From: a virus
Lineage: Duplodnaviria; Caudoviricetes
IMG/VR virus record: IMGVR_UViG_3300044681_000510
Location: 1 to 62,111 of that record
Strand: one strand, 5' to 3'
DNA: 62,111 bases
Each line of letters opens with the position of its first letter. Within the stretch, counting starts at the first letter, position 1. A program made the translations under genes and the position numbers. Positions 36,810 to 48,400 of this stretch are shown here, piece after piece. The notes beneath the pieces are model-generated. The model did no database searches. It was given only the letters and a program-made list of their open reading frames with translations, and was not told where the DNA came from.

Positions 36810-37240
36810 AAGAACAGAACAGATTGAAACATGGGTATTGTTGTATATCTTGTGTATAGCACCAATAGTTACAAACTATCTACTCGCTATACCAAATAGA
36901 TAGCAAGTAACACAAAGCAATACCCATGTTCCAAACTATTCTGCAAGTGTATCGTAGGGTACTCTCCGAAGAGAATACCGTGGCGAACCACTTGCCTACC
37001 TTGATTCTGGACATATCTCGACACCCCTCTTTATCTCCTTTGTGTGGATGAGGAATCTACACAACATATGTGGTTATTTAGGCTACCACGCGAAATGCCT
37101 GAAACATTCCCATGATATTTCTACCATGAGAACGCGGGAGAGTACTGCCCTCCGAAGGATCAGTCTAGGACATACACAAGACATCCTAGAGGAATACCAA
37201 CAACAACAAGAAGAATTGAGATCAACTCAATCATTGTTTG
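36810..37240 (-). ncRNA. Structured non-coding block A
   Basis: Stems AACATGGGTATTG/CAATACCCATGTT, GCAAGTG/CACTTGC, TTCCCATG/CATGAGAA; no credible minus-strand ORF; strand inferred from transcription direction. Confidence 0.45.
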
Positions 37241-37254
37241 TTTCCTTTCTTGGA

Positions 37255-37476
37255 TTACCTAGCAACTCCCCACTTACCATTGGGAAGAAGCATGTCACAA
37301 TCAAACTTTGACCAACGCAAACCGCAGCACTCACAATGCTCGGTAGTAAACCAATCCTTCTTCTCAAGTTCAAGCCAAGCATGGTCAACAGATTGTGCCT
37401 GAACAACAAACTTATCAGGTCCAACAAACACACCACCACTATTGTTCTGATTGAAACGGTAAGTGTTCATGTTCAA
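37255..37476 (-). CDS. Hypothetical Cys-rich protein
   Basis: F.QNNSGG.F and CECCG.RW motifs. Confidence 0.7.
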   Translation of the reverse strand: MNMNTYRFNQNNSGGVFVGPDKFVVQAQSVDHAWLELEKKDWFTTEHCECCGLRWSKFDCDMLLPNGKWGVAR

Positions 37477-37502
37477 ACCTTTCCCGGCAATGCCGGATTA
37501 GA

Positions 37503-37539
37503 GGAAAGATATCCATAGGATATTTCACCTATGGATACC
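37503..37539. repeat. Hairpin repeat copy 1 (loop ATATTTCA; TGAAATAT on minus)
   Basis: TATCCATAGG-ATATTTCA-CCTATGGATA; shares GGAAAGATATC flank with copy 2. Confidence 0.8.
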
Positions 37540-37800
37540 CGATCTGATCCTATTATATTCTTCTAGTGGATCTGCTAGAGTATACTATGAACGGTATACA
37601 AGCGTTGATCTATTGTTGGTTTGGATTCTTTCCAAATGCTCCAACCGCATAAGGAAGAACCAATAGATCAGTAAATACCCCCACGCATACCCGTCGATAT
37701 GCATGGGACGCACTATGCCTAAATCCTATTTATACTCGCATAGTCGAGTAACCCTTGTTTTCTCTGCTTACTGAAATGGCGGGTCATTCCTACAGTTCCG

Positions 37801-37837
37801 GGAAAGATATCTATGGAATATTTCATCCGTAGATATC
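37801..37837. repeat. Hairpin repeat copy 2
   Basis: GATATCTATGGA-ATATTTCA-TCCGTAGATATC; compensatory stem changes relative to copy 1. Confidence 0.8.
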
Positions 37838-37843
37838 AGAAGA

Positions 37844-38074
37844 TCAGCGAATCACGATGATCTTATCTTTCGCATTCCACGAAACCGGAGCCATCTTGTC
37901 GATGGACTTGATAAGTCCAACGACAACATTACCATCCACAAGTTCACCATCATTCAACCCGAAACTAGGGGCCAGCGCATTCCGAACCATGCGAATGAAA
38001 GTAACGATTCCATGCCGATTGACAGACAGACGAACCCATTCCTTTCGCCAATCCACCTTCTTCGGATCAGTCAT
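37844..38074 (-). CDS. Hypothetical earliest-region protein
   Basis: GGAG RBS; GC-rich codon usage. Confidence 0.65.
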   Translation of the reverse strand: MTDPKKVDWRKEWVRLSVNRHGIVTFIRMVRNALAPSFGLNDGELVDGNVVVGLIKSIDKMAPVSWNAKDKIIVIR

Positions 38075-38149
38075 GTATGCTCCATTCTCCCATGAAAGGG
38101 ATAAACCCCGGTATTACTACCGGGGAGAATCCATGCCATTGGATGAGTA

Positions 38150-38419
38150 TCAGATTCCAAGAATCGCCGCAGCGTCAGCGATCTTCGCCGCATTTCGCTC
38201 CGCAGCCGAAACCACGGTCTTCGGAATCGCTTTGTCCACCTTCGCCTCCCACGCCATTTGGTTCGTGAGGATGCTGACACCGTACTTCTTCTCGATCACA
38301 CCCTTGAGAACCGTATAGTTACGCCGTCCACGATTCGACAGAACACCATGAGCAACCAACTTGGCGAACACCTCAAGGATGCAATCACCTTGCTCCCGCT
38401 CACTCATCTGATTCCACAT
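38150..38419 (-). CDS. Hypothetical first gene of the genome
   Basis: AAAGGA RBS; GC-rich codons; first ORF after the sigma70 promoter. Confidence 0.65.
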   Translation of the reverse strand: MWNQMSEREQGDCILEVFAKLVAHGVLSNRGRRNYTVLKGVIEKKYGVSILTNQMAWEAKVDKAIPKTVVSAAERNAAKIADAAAILGI

Positions 38420-38429
38420 TTCAGAATCC

Positions 38430-39085
38430 TTTGTCCATTGGACAATAAAGTTACCCTATGCTCTCGACCATCGAAAGCATGGGATTCGCTACCCTAGAAT
38501 CGAATATGCATTCCTCATTTATATTTAGTGGGAAGGTGCAGGCGTTCTACCGCTAGGGTAACGAATCCCTCCCGAACGGGTTGCCAAGGATTCCTAGAAA
38601 AGAGCAGGAATCCACCCATTCGGGAAGGATCGGAAATAGAACTATTTCGGCGATGCCAACGCATCACACAATGGAGAACCTTACAATTATTCATTCCATT
38701 GCTCGGTCCCGTCATCGGACCGAACCACGACCGCTAGAATGCCGCAAGGTAAACCCTTGCCGATTGTGACCATTCTACCCTTACGGGCTTGTGGTCACAT
38801 CCTAGGCTAATGCCGCACCGGACATTTCAGGATTCCGGCGGTCCGTTAGACCACGATTCTCGCATCGGATGGTTCCATCCAATCGTTCCGCCGTGCGTAC
38901 CTTCAGGGGCATCGTGCGGAGAGAATCGTGGGATGTCAAAGAATCCGAAGGTAGTAGCCGATTCCCGCCGATTCCGCAGCCCTTGCCGATCTACGACCGA
39001 TAACGCAGGGGCAGGGCGAGGGACTGCCCGCGAGGGGGGGCCACGGGGGACGCTTCAAGCGACCGAAGGGAGCGAGTCCCCTTAT
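38430..39085 (-). ncRNA. GC-rich structured leader (block C)
   Basis: Near-continuous hairpins; several C.A mismatches on plus become G.U pairs on minus. Confidence 0.55.
38911..38939 (-). promoter_or_regulatory. Host sigma70-type early promoter
   Basis: TTGACA-17 nt-CACGAT, pointing into the early genes. Confidence 0.6.
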
Positions 39086-39402
39086 AAATTTCTGACCCCT
39101 AAGTCGATTTCCTAAGCTCTCCCAGATGGACTTGAACCAACGACCCGAGAGTTAACAGCTCTCTGCTCTACCGACTGAGCTATAGGAGAATAAGTACCCC
39201 CGCAGATATCTGGGGATAACGCAGGGGATTGAATTATTCATGTTATATCGAAATCGACCGGGATGGGAACCTGTGTAGTGATATTTATGTATTGTATGCT
39301 AGGAATCCCCTTAGATCCCTTTGGGGAACTAAAGGTATAAATACAAATATTATTTAATCCTATAGAGTCCCCTTAAGGGTATCCTAAGGATACCCCTAAG
39401 GG
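39074..39402. repeat. Short-repeat/palindrome region, probable genome terminus
   Basis: Multiple CCTAAG/CCCTTA words; GAGTCCCCTTA at 39074 and 39365; 33-bp near-perfect palindrome 39370-39402. Confidence 0.55.
39117..39189 (-). tRNA. tRNA-Asn(GUU)
   Basis: TCTCCTA/TGGGAGA-G, anticodon arm GAGAG-CTGTTAA-CTCTC, T-loop TTCAAGT. Confidence 0.95.
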
Positions 39403-39405
39403 AAA

Positions 39406-39424
39406 TATCTATAGCTCCAACTAT
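39406..39424 (-). promoter_or_regulatory. Putative phage RNAP promoter (phiOR-like position)
   Basis: ATAGTTGGAGCTATAGATA, 16/19 match to the repeat; just after the last gene. Confidence 0.55.
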
Positions 39425-39429
39425 TTGTA

Positions 39430-42400
39430 TTATTGATTGGACATGTCTTCCAATAGGTTTGCCAAATCTGTCGAAACTCCGGTATTTGGGGTGGATCTTC
39501 CTTGATCTAGGGTCTTTCTTAGGGTTTCCCTAAGGAGTTCATCCTTGCGTTCCTTGGGCATTCCCCCCTGCATTTTACTATAGGTGTAATCTGACTTTTT
39601 GGTATATACATTCTTTTTCTTTTTAATTAGATTCATGTATCTACCCATAGCATCAGCTTCATTAATAATACCAGCTTCTACCAACAATCTTGCAGGAATT
39701 GCAATTGGGGATTTATTTAATAATGTATTATAACCAATTAATGGTAATTCCCCTGTTGCTGCTGCTATTTTGGCAGGATCTCCGCTTGGAATAGCATCGG
39801 TTACTAGATCCTTGAATCCGGTAAACATCTTGTATGGTGTATTCAAAGCAATGTTTAAACCGGGGTAAGAAACTGGAGTACCATAGGACTTTAGAGGACC
39901 ACCCATCAATTGTGAGACTCCGCCCAAGGATGAGGATAGAATCCCGTTAAAGGCTCCTAGAGCGGGTAGAGAATACATCATCCTAAATAGGTATGTTTCT
40001 GGGTTTCTCTGCATTTCCTTTTCAATATCTTCAACATCCCTACCCATTATCCATTCCTTTAGATATTCGGTAGCTGCTGTTAGACCTGAATAAAGAATTA
40101 GAGATCCGAGATAGGCTGAAGCTCCCATGCTTGCGTATCCGCCGATAACATTGTTTTGGAAGCTTTGTGACCAACCCAACAATGCCTTAGTAAGTCTACC
40201 AAGTGGTGTTCTAGATTCAAACCTTAGTTCTTTATTTAGACCCCTAGGTAGTGAGATAGCACCTCTGGTTGTTGTTAAGGTTTCTGCGGCATACATTAAA
40301 GATTCAAAAGCATCCATTCCCTGTGTACCGTCTACTCCATCAATAACCTGTTGTTTCATGTTTTCATGGAACAGTTCTTTGAGTTCTGCCCAATTAATTA
40401 AGCCTCTCTTGGAATATCTTGGTCCTAGTTGTTGGAATGCTTTTTTGAGAGCATTAATCTTTTCAATTGTATTTACACCATACTTATTCATAGCCATAGC
40501 AATATCCCAACGATCACCAAAACCAGATTTTCTAGCAATATCTTTAAATACCTTAACTAGTTCTGCTTCAGCTTTAGGATCTAAAGCAGCAGCTTCCTCT
40601 AGTCTCTTTAGAGTGGCGTTTGTGTTTGGATCAGCTAGTGCGGTAAAGAATCGTTCGGCTGCACCGTTGTTAATAACCTTGGCAATAGATTTTCCGTATA
40701 CTTGCATAGCTAGCTTTCTAGCATAGTATGTAGTATATCTTACAGAACCGATTTCAACCATTGCATTTCCAAAGACATCAAAACTATCGCTGATAAGACC
40801 AAAACGACTATCTTCTCTAGTTGCTGTAATTCGATCAAACCATCTAGAAATCTTTGGAACACCGTCCAAGTCAGAATTAATGATTCTATCCTGAAGATCA
40901 GAGCGAACAAGATCAATAAAGAATACACTATCTCTTAATTCATCTTGTAAAGCCTTGGATGTTGAGAATCGTTTATCACCAATAATAATTCTAAGACCAT
41001 CCCAAATATTTTTAATAGTCTGAATAGTACCTACGGTTGCTGGTCCTCTTATTAGATGTTGTAATGGTTCTGACAAACTGGTAATACCCCAGATTGGGGC
41101 ACTAGCTCCACGAACCATAGATAGACCAATTTCTGTAAACTCCATTCCTAAGGTTGTCTCACCGGATGATAGAGTACCTAATCTTCCTAGATAAAATAGA
41201 TATTCATTGGCAATTCTATCATAACCAATAAGCAAATCTTTAATTTGGTCTTCTGATGCACCCAATGCTCTTAGGTCTTGTTCATCAGCTCGTCTTACAA
41301 TATCTAAAAATTTATTAAATCTAATACCTTTTGTTCCTAGCATTCTATCTAGTTCTTTTTGAAGTAATAGATCAAATCCTCTAGATTTTAAGAAGTTAGA
41401 GTAAGCCTCAAGTGGATCGTTTCTAGTAATCTTAAGTAGTACATCGCTTTTTAGGAGTTCATCCCAAGTTAGTGGCTTTACAGCAATACCGTATTCAATT
41501 CGATTACGATCTCTTAGCAAAGTCATTGGGCTTAGTGGATTTCCTCTTCTTGAAGCAAGATGCTTGCTATATCTTCCCTGATAAAGCTTAGAATCTAGGT
41601 ATTCACTCATTATGGTGTACAGTGGTGATACTGGATTTCCGGGGAAGTTTGCTTTCCATTGTTTTCCAATATGATTAGTACTACCATCCAATACTTCATT
41701 ATATTTAGCCAAATCTGGTAGTGATAGGTCTGCCTTTTTTCTTGGAATTAAACAAACAACCAATTCACCAGTATTAGAATCCTTATAAACAAAGTGTTTC
41801 TTACTTGCTTCTCCAGCCATTTGAGCAAAGGTTCTTGCATCACTTCCGGGGGCATATCTAGCAACTTCTAGATTTCGTAGTGTTTGCTGATCAAAGTTTG
41901 CTTCTGTTAAGAAGTGTATTCTTCTTCCTTCTACTTCTCTACCCTTATCTAGAATACCTGCTTGTGGATCATCGCTATTATCGAATAGCCAACCCATAGA
42001 AAGCATAATATCTGTAGATAGGTCATCTGAATTAAGTAGTGTTTCTCGTCTTACCCCAACTAGAGCCTTAATGATTTGATCTCTGTTTTGTGGTAGTACT
42101 CTTTCACCAATAAAGGTAATTGGGAAGTATTCTGTTGGGTTTACTGGATTTCCTTGCTTATCCTTTAATTCAATCCATCCAGTTTCGTTTTCAAGATCTA
42201 GGATCTTTTTATTTAAACCAACAACAGCACCGTATAGTTTTTGAGCGTAGTCAAAAGTTTTGTTTACTAGTTCTGGTCTTGGAGATGGAATTGCTATAGC
42301 AACAGCAGCTTCAATTATATTTCTATTTAAAGTGCTTTTTGAACCAAGAGCTTTCATAACTTCAATAAATACATTTTCAACAATCTTTTCACTTGGAACT

Positions 42401-45400
42401 TCTCTAATAAAGGGAGCAATAATGTTTCTAAGTTCACCAGTCATTCTAGTTACTTCGTGACCAATTGCTTCCCAAGACTTGAATGCATTCTTTCCACCAC
42501 CAACTAAACTGTGTAGATGGGCTTTTGAAGGATCAATCCAAGCAGCTAGGGTTCTAACTCTATTTGAAATAGAATGAACTGTATGCTTAGATTCTGTTCT
42601 ATATTCAATTAGGTTTCTAGCTCCGTTAATTAGCCTACGCCACCAGTTAGCATTGGTTCTATTACTACCACCAAAGATTCTTCCAATGAAGTTAGATTCT
42701 CTTAACAACATAGTATTATCAGTTGGTTTATTAGAAATAGCATCTAGAACTACTCTTTCTACTTCGTCTATATCCATTTCTTTTGGTTTTTCAGTAACAA
42801 CTCTTGGCTCTTCAGCCTTTAGTTTTCTTTCGAGATTTCTATTTGCAGTATAGGCTAAACTATTTTCTCTAAACTCTACACCATCTGGGTACTTATTAGT
42901 TACACTACTTACAGTAAAGTTAAAATCATTTGGGTGTAGTGGTTTTAAATACTCTGGTAAGTTTAGACCATCTCTTTGATTTCTAAGTCTAATGTTTTCA
43001 TTAACTTTTGTATGAGCAAATGTAAGAATTTCATTTAGTGATTTCATACTAAGTTCTTTAGTGAGATTGCCTCTAGCCACTAGTTCCTTAGCAACTTCTC
43101 TGTCAAAGATAGTCCAAAACTCATCATTAATTTGTTCGTAGAGATCACCAAATCTGTTTCGGTTTTCTTCTGCTATTTCTTCTGCTACTCTTAAAACCTT
43201 ATAAAGAACTGAATTAAATTCTTGTGGAATTCCTGTTAAAGTTTGTCCAATATTTTCTCTTAGTTCTTTTGCTTGTTTCATAAACTTAATCAAAGCAATC
43301 TTAATAAACTTTGGAGTAGTTCCATTCCATCTTAGTGATTCAGTAGCGTTTAGTACAGAGTGTACAAATCTTTCTTCTTCACTAATAACAGGAACATCAG
43401 AAGGACCGGGTTCAATTTCTTGTGCCTTTTCTAGTGACTCTCCATCTTTTGTTTTTACTGGTAATTCTTCTGGGTTAATTACTGGAGTTGGTTCGGTTTC
43501 AATTGTAACCTTTTCTGGTACTTCTTCTACTTTATTTTTTCTTAAAGCCTCTACAGAAACATATCCAGTAGCTTTTGGTTTTTCATGGTCTACTCGTTCA
43601 ATTACTTTGATATGATCTTTAGAAGTAGGAACATGACCAATTAAATTACCATTTTTGTCAATCAATTCAATAGCAGTATAGCCTTCTTCTTTTAGTTTAA
43701 ATAGAACAACTCGTAATGCTTCTTGTTCTGAGTGCTCTTTTTGAATAGCACCAAGAACTCTTTCCATGATTGACTTATTGATACCAGCCAGTCTAAGAAT
43801 AGGTTCTGGTAGGTTTTTAACTGATTGAAGAACTGATGGTGCTGATGATACAACCTTTAGAACTCTAGATTTATCTAGTTCTACTCTAGTTGTATATCTT
43901 CCCTTTAGTTTTCTTCTTAAACCAGCAGCTTTCTTTTCGGTTGTAAAGATACCACCAAGGTCAAGTGCTTCTAAGCTACCGTCCCAATTGCTTGACATAA
44001 AGGATTCTTTTTCACCAATTCCACGAATAATTGGAGCGGCAATTTCTGGTACTTCTTCTTTGGCAGTAATGGTAGAAGCGTTTTCTTCTGCTTGAATTAC
44101 ATCCTTTTGAATATTTTCTGTTTTTGTTTCTTGAATAGTTTGTACTGGCTCTTCGGCTGTAGCTACTTTTTCAAGAACTGCGTTGTGTAAGATTGCTTCT
44201 GATTCAATTGGTTTATCAGCGACATCTTTGAATTCAGCTAATAATTTCTTTTCTAATTTTTGAATTTTAGTAACTAGTTTAGTACTTTTCTTTTTAATTA
44301 TTTCTACAGTTTCTTTATCAGTTGCTTTTAACGCTTCATTATAAACAGCTCGTTCTTCAGGGAACTTTTGAAAGTATAGTTCTAAACCAGTACCAGCAGG
44401 AAGTTTTGGTGTTTCTCCGGGCTTGTATCCTTTTTTTAGTTTACTAAGTTCAAATCTAATCTCAATAAGATTTTTAAGATCTTTAATTACTTCATTTCCG
44501 TACTTAGTAATTTTAGTATCTAACCAATTTTGATAATCGCTACGCTGTTGTCTTTTTTTATCAATAGGTAACTCACCTTCACCAGTTGGTTCGTTATTCT
44601 TATTAGCCATACCAGCCATAACTTCTTCGTCTAGTTCAACTAAACCAACACCTTCTTCTGTAGCCTTGCCTTCTGTTAAAGTCTCTAGTGAAACAACTTT
44701 ACCTCGTTTTGCTTGAGCACTAAGATCAGCAAATGTTCCTAGTTTTTTAAACTGGAATAGTAATCTAAATAAACTTGTTTCGGAATCAACAGTAAGAATT
44801 ACTGGTACTTCTTTATTATCAAGTCGTTTTCTTGAAGCTAAAAAGATATCTACTAAGACATCTTTAGTATCATTGATATTAAACTTTTTACCAGTTTTCT
44901 TTGTTAAGCCAAAAGCAAGTCTCTTATAGAAACTATTTGGTAACTGATCTAACTTTACCATCATACTATCTAATTCTTTAATAAGATTTGGTAAGGTTTC
45001 GTTTGTAACTTCAGTAATAGATGTTGGTGTAAAATCAATATCTTTTTTAACGCTAATAGCTTCAGAAAAATCAGTTACTATTTCTTTTAAATCTGGTAAT
45101 AGTGAAATAATATTTTCTAAACTTTCTGAACCACGATAATTAATATCTAATAAATCTTTAGTAGTATTTTCTAAAACCTTACCAGTACTTCTTGATTTCC
45201 ATTGCCATACTCCTGTTTGAGAATCAAATTTACCATTAGCTTTAACATTTATAACTCTAGGATTAACTATAATAAAAGAGGTTGATCCCATATCTTCTGC
45301 GATATTTTTATATTTAATAATATCAACACCAACTTCTTTTAATAGCTTTTGTAGATCTTTTCCTGTAGATTGATAATATTGACTTTTTCTCTTTAACTCC

Positions 45401-48400
45401 GATATTATTTCTTCTGCTTTTTTTCTATTAACTACAATTTCTCTAATTACTTGTTCAATTGAACTGTCTGGTTTTATGTTATATGCATTTTGAATACCTG
45501 ACCAATAAGATTCAAAATCTCCATGTTGTGTCCCAGTATCTACTAGTTCAATTATATTCGCTTCTCTTGATATTTCAAAAGCTACCATATTATATTCATC
45601 ATAATATCCTATTAGATTTTTAACTCTATCCAAAGCAGCTTTTAAAGTACCAGCATGTAACATAACTGGTGATTTTTCTCCTGTCCAAGTTCCTCCATGA
45701 TATAATATTAAACTAGTTTCATCTAAACCAGTATCAAACTTTGGTCTATATACAACTCTTTCATTTGATAATTCAAATGTATTTTTTCTAAGAATTTCTT
45801 TAGATTTAGAGTGTTCTAATAGTTTTGTTAATAAAGTCCAATTATCAAATCCTTGTGTTTCAATAAATAATTTACTTGATAAGTATCTATTAAGATTTGC
45901 TGAAATGTAAGAACCTTGTTCTTCAATAGCTTTTTGAAGTTCTGCATTAGATGTAAATGCTTTTTTACTTCTGTTATTTAAGAAACGCTCAAAAGCAATT
46001 CTTGTTGATGTTAATTCTGCTAGTTGTACAATATCATATATTTTTTGTTTTGCTTGTTCTAGATTAGATGATAATAATGCATTAAATAAAATTGGAAAAG
46101 ACTGATCACTAAAGTATTTAGAAGATAGTTGAATTTTTAACATTTCGTTTGGGTTTTTTAATATAGTATATTTTTCAAGACCATCTAATGATGCCCAAAA
46201 ATCAGTAAAGTCTTGATTATTAAATAAATCTGGATTTTCGTTTTTTAAAATTTCATCTATAACTTCACTATAACCATCTTTATCTATTACAACTGTATCT
46301 ATACCGCCTATAAATACTCGTTTAGTTCTAGTTCCTTGTCTTTTTTCTAGAAAACCAGTATTAATAAGATTTTCTAAGTTTGAAAGATATGTTGTTCGAT
46401 TCTTATTATAAAAAGACATATTTACTAAAGCTTTAGTAAAAGTTCTTTCTACTTTAGTCATATCAATTAAATTCATAGTTAATATATCAACACTGTATGA
46501 CTCGGAAATATCTTTAATTATATTATCAAATACTTTACTTATATTTTTTAGTTTTCGTTGTGTTGTTTTATTAAAAGTAAATGATTGAAAAATACCTTCA
46601 ATAACTTCCGATACATATGAAGTAAACGCTTCTAAGAAAGATAGTTTTAATCTAGCCATTACATCTAAACTAGTGGCTATTCCTCTATTTGCAAAATAAT
46701 TAGCAAATACTTCTCCGGGATTAATTGCACCATATAATCCAACCTGATTATCTATTCCTCTAGATCTAATTTGATCAGTAAGATCAACAAAAGCTGATAA
46801 TACTGCTGGATCTAAAAATTCAGTATACATTACCATCATTCTTAAAATATCTCTTGGTGTAGCAAAATAAGAATAGGCATGTCCTAGTTCGTGTAAGATC
46901 GTATGAGTAATTAAGGTATTATCCCCTTCTACCAATGCTTTAATTAGTTTATTGGTATCCAAGGTAATAGTCAAAGATGAAGATCCATCTGGATTAATTT
47001 CTAGTTTGTTACTACCAAAAGTATTTTTTCCTAGATTGTCCAACTTTAGATTAATTTTAGTAAGACCAGCTCTTTCTGGTAGTTTTAGATTTACCAAAGC
47101 TCCTCTCATTAAACTAAGAACTAAATCATAATCGGATTTTGCTATGTTTCGTTGTGATGGTGTTAGTTTATTGAAAGCTTCGGTTATAACTGATTTTACA
47201 TCTAAATAAAACTCACCAGTTAGGTAAGTTGCTTTTTGATTAAAGTATTTTTCTTTTCTAAATGCTTTTGATGCTGCTTTTCTTTGTAGTAAGGTTAAGT
47301 TTTCTGGTGTTCCAATAAGAACATTTAGAATTTTTCTAGATTGTTCACTAATGCTTTTATCGGAAAGAATTTCATCAATAAGTTTTCTTCTTTCCGCTTT
47401 GGTTTTCTTTGTCTTAAGTCTTCTACCAAGCATGCTTTTTTCGTTTCTATTAAATAAATCTTTAGATTCTTTAATAAGACGATCAATCTCATCGTCTGAT
47501 TTTCCAGCATGCTGTAGAACAAAGTTTACCATTGCTTGTTTTCTAGTTTCTGGAAGTCTTGTAAAAGCGTTATCTCCAGCATTCATAGCTTTTTCAATAG
47601 CTTTTTGAAGTTCACCCTGCTCTAATCTTTGAATGCTTTCTATGGTTGATTTGGTCCATTCATCTCCACGATTATGGGTAATTTTACCAAGCAAGGCTTT
47701 AGCGTTTTCTAGTGTTCTTCTAAATTCAACCAACTTACCTAAAGTTGTTCTAGCTGCTGTTGGTGGTCCTGAAATAATTCTAAGGAAGTCTGAAGGTGTA
47801 TTAACTTCACCAGCGTTAATAGCTCTAACAGCATAGCTTTCATCGCTTTCTCCTTCAACTCTATTAAAGGCTGTTGATTCAGAAGCCTTTACAAGACCGT
47901 CTTCTCGCTTTGCTTTTGTGGAAATATCAGCTGCATCAGCAAACTTTTCGGAATCAATTGTTGTTGATTCAATCTTTGTTAGCTTTGGTTCTTCTGCTGT
48001 TACTGTAGGTGTTTCTTTTGGTTGAGCTGCTACAATAGCGTCTTCTCTTACCAAAACATCTGTATTTGTTCTAGTATTTCTTACTAGTTTATACTCACCA
48101 GAAAGAACCTTTTCTCTATCTACTTCAAAAACTTCAAAGATGTCATCTTCTCTAACTGTTGTTTTCTTTCCACTAGTATCAACAATTGTTACTCCGTCAT
48201 CTTTAACATTTTCATTAGTTTTTTCTAGTACATCTGTAGGCTTATCTGCTTGGTTTACAGTATTGGCTTCAATAGCTGCTTCTAGCCCCTCTCTAATTGG
48301 GATTGATTGATCAGGTGTAAGACCTACCATTGATCTATTGTTTCCTTCTGAGTCAACCAAAGCACCACTAGCATCTAATGTATGTGATTTACCAGCAAAA

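Larger units (their letters stand above)
37480..37840 (-). ncRNA. Structured non-coding block B
   Basis: At least seven hairpins; bracketed by two related hairpins with identical loop. Confidence 0.5.

Noticed and set aside
37503-37837. CRISPR mini-array
   Set aside because: Only two diverged copies about 300 bp apart, no regular spacers, no cas genes.
38430-39085. tmRNA, group I intron or hammerhead ribozyme
   Set aside because: No tRNA-like termini or tag frame, no interrupted gene, and no CUGANGA core noticed; an Rfam search is still needed.
39117-39189. tRNA as prophage attachment site, with the GC-rich segment as host flank
   Set aside because: No integrase or repressor; the GC-rich segment is continuous in orientation with phage early genes and holds no host-like gene.
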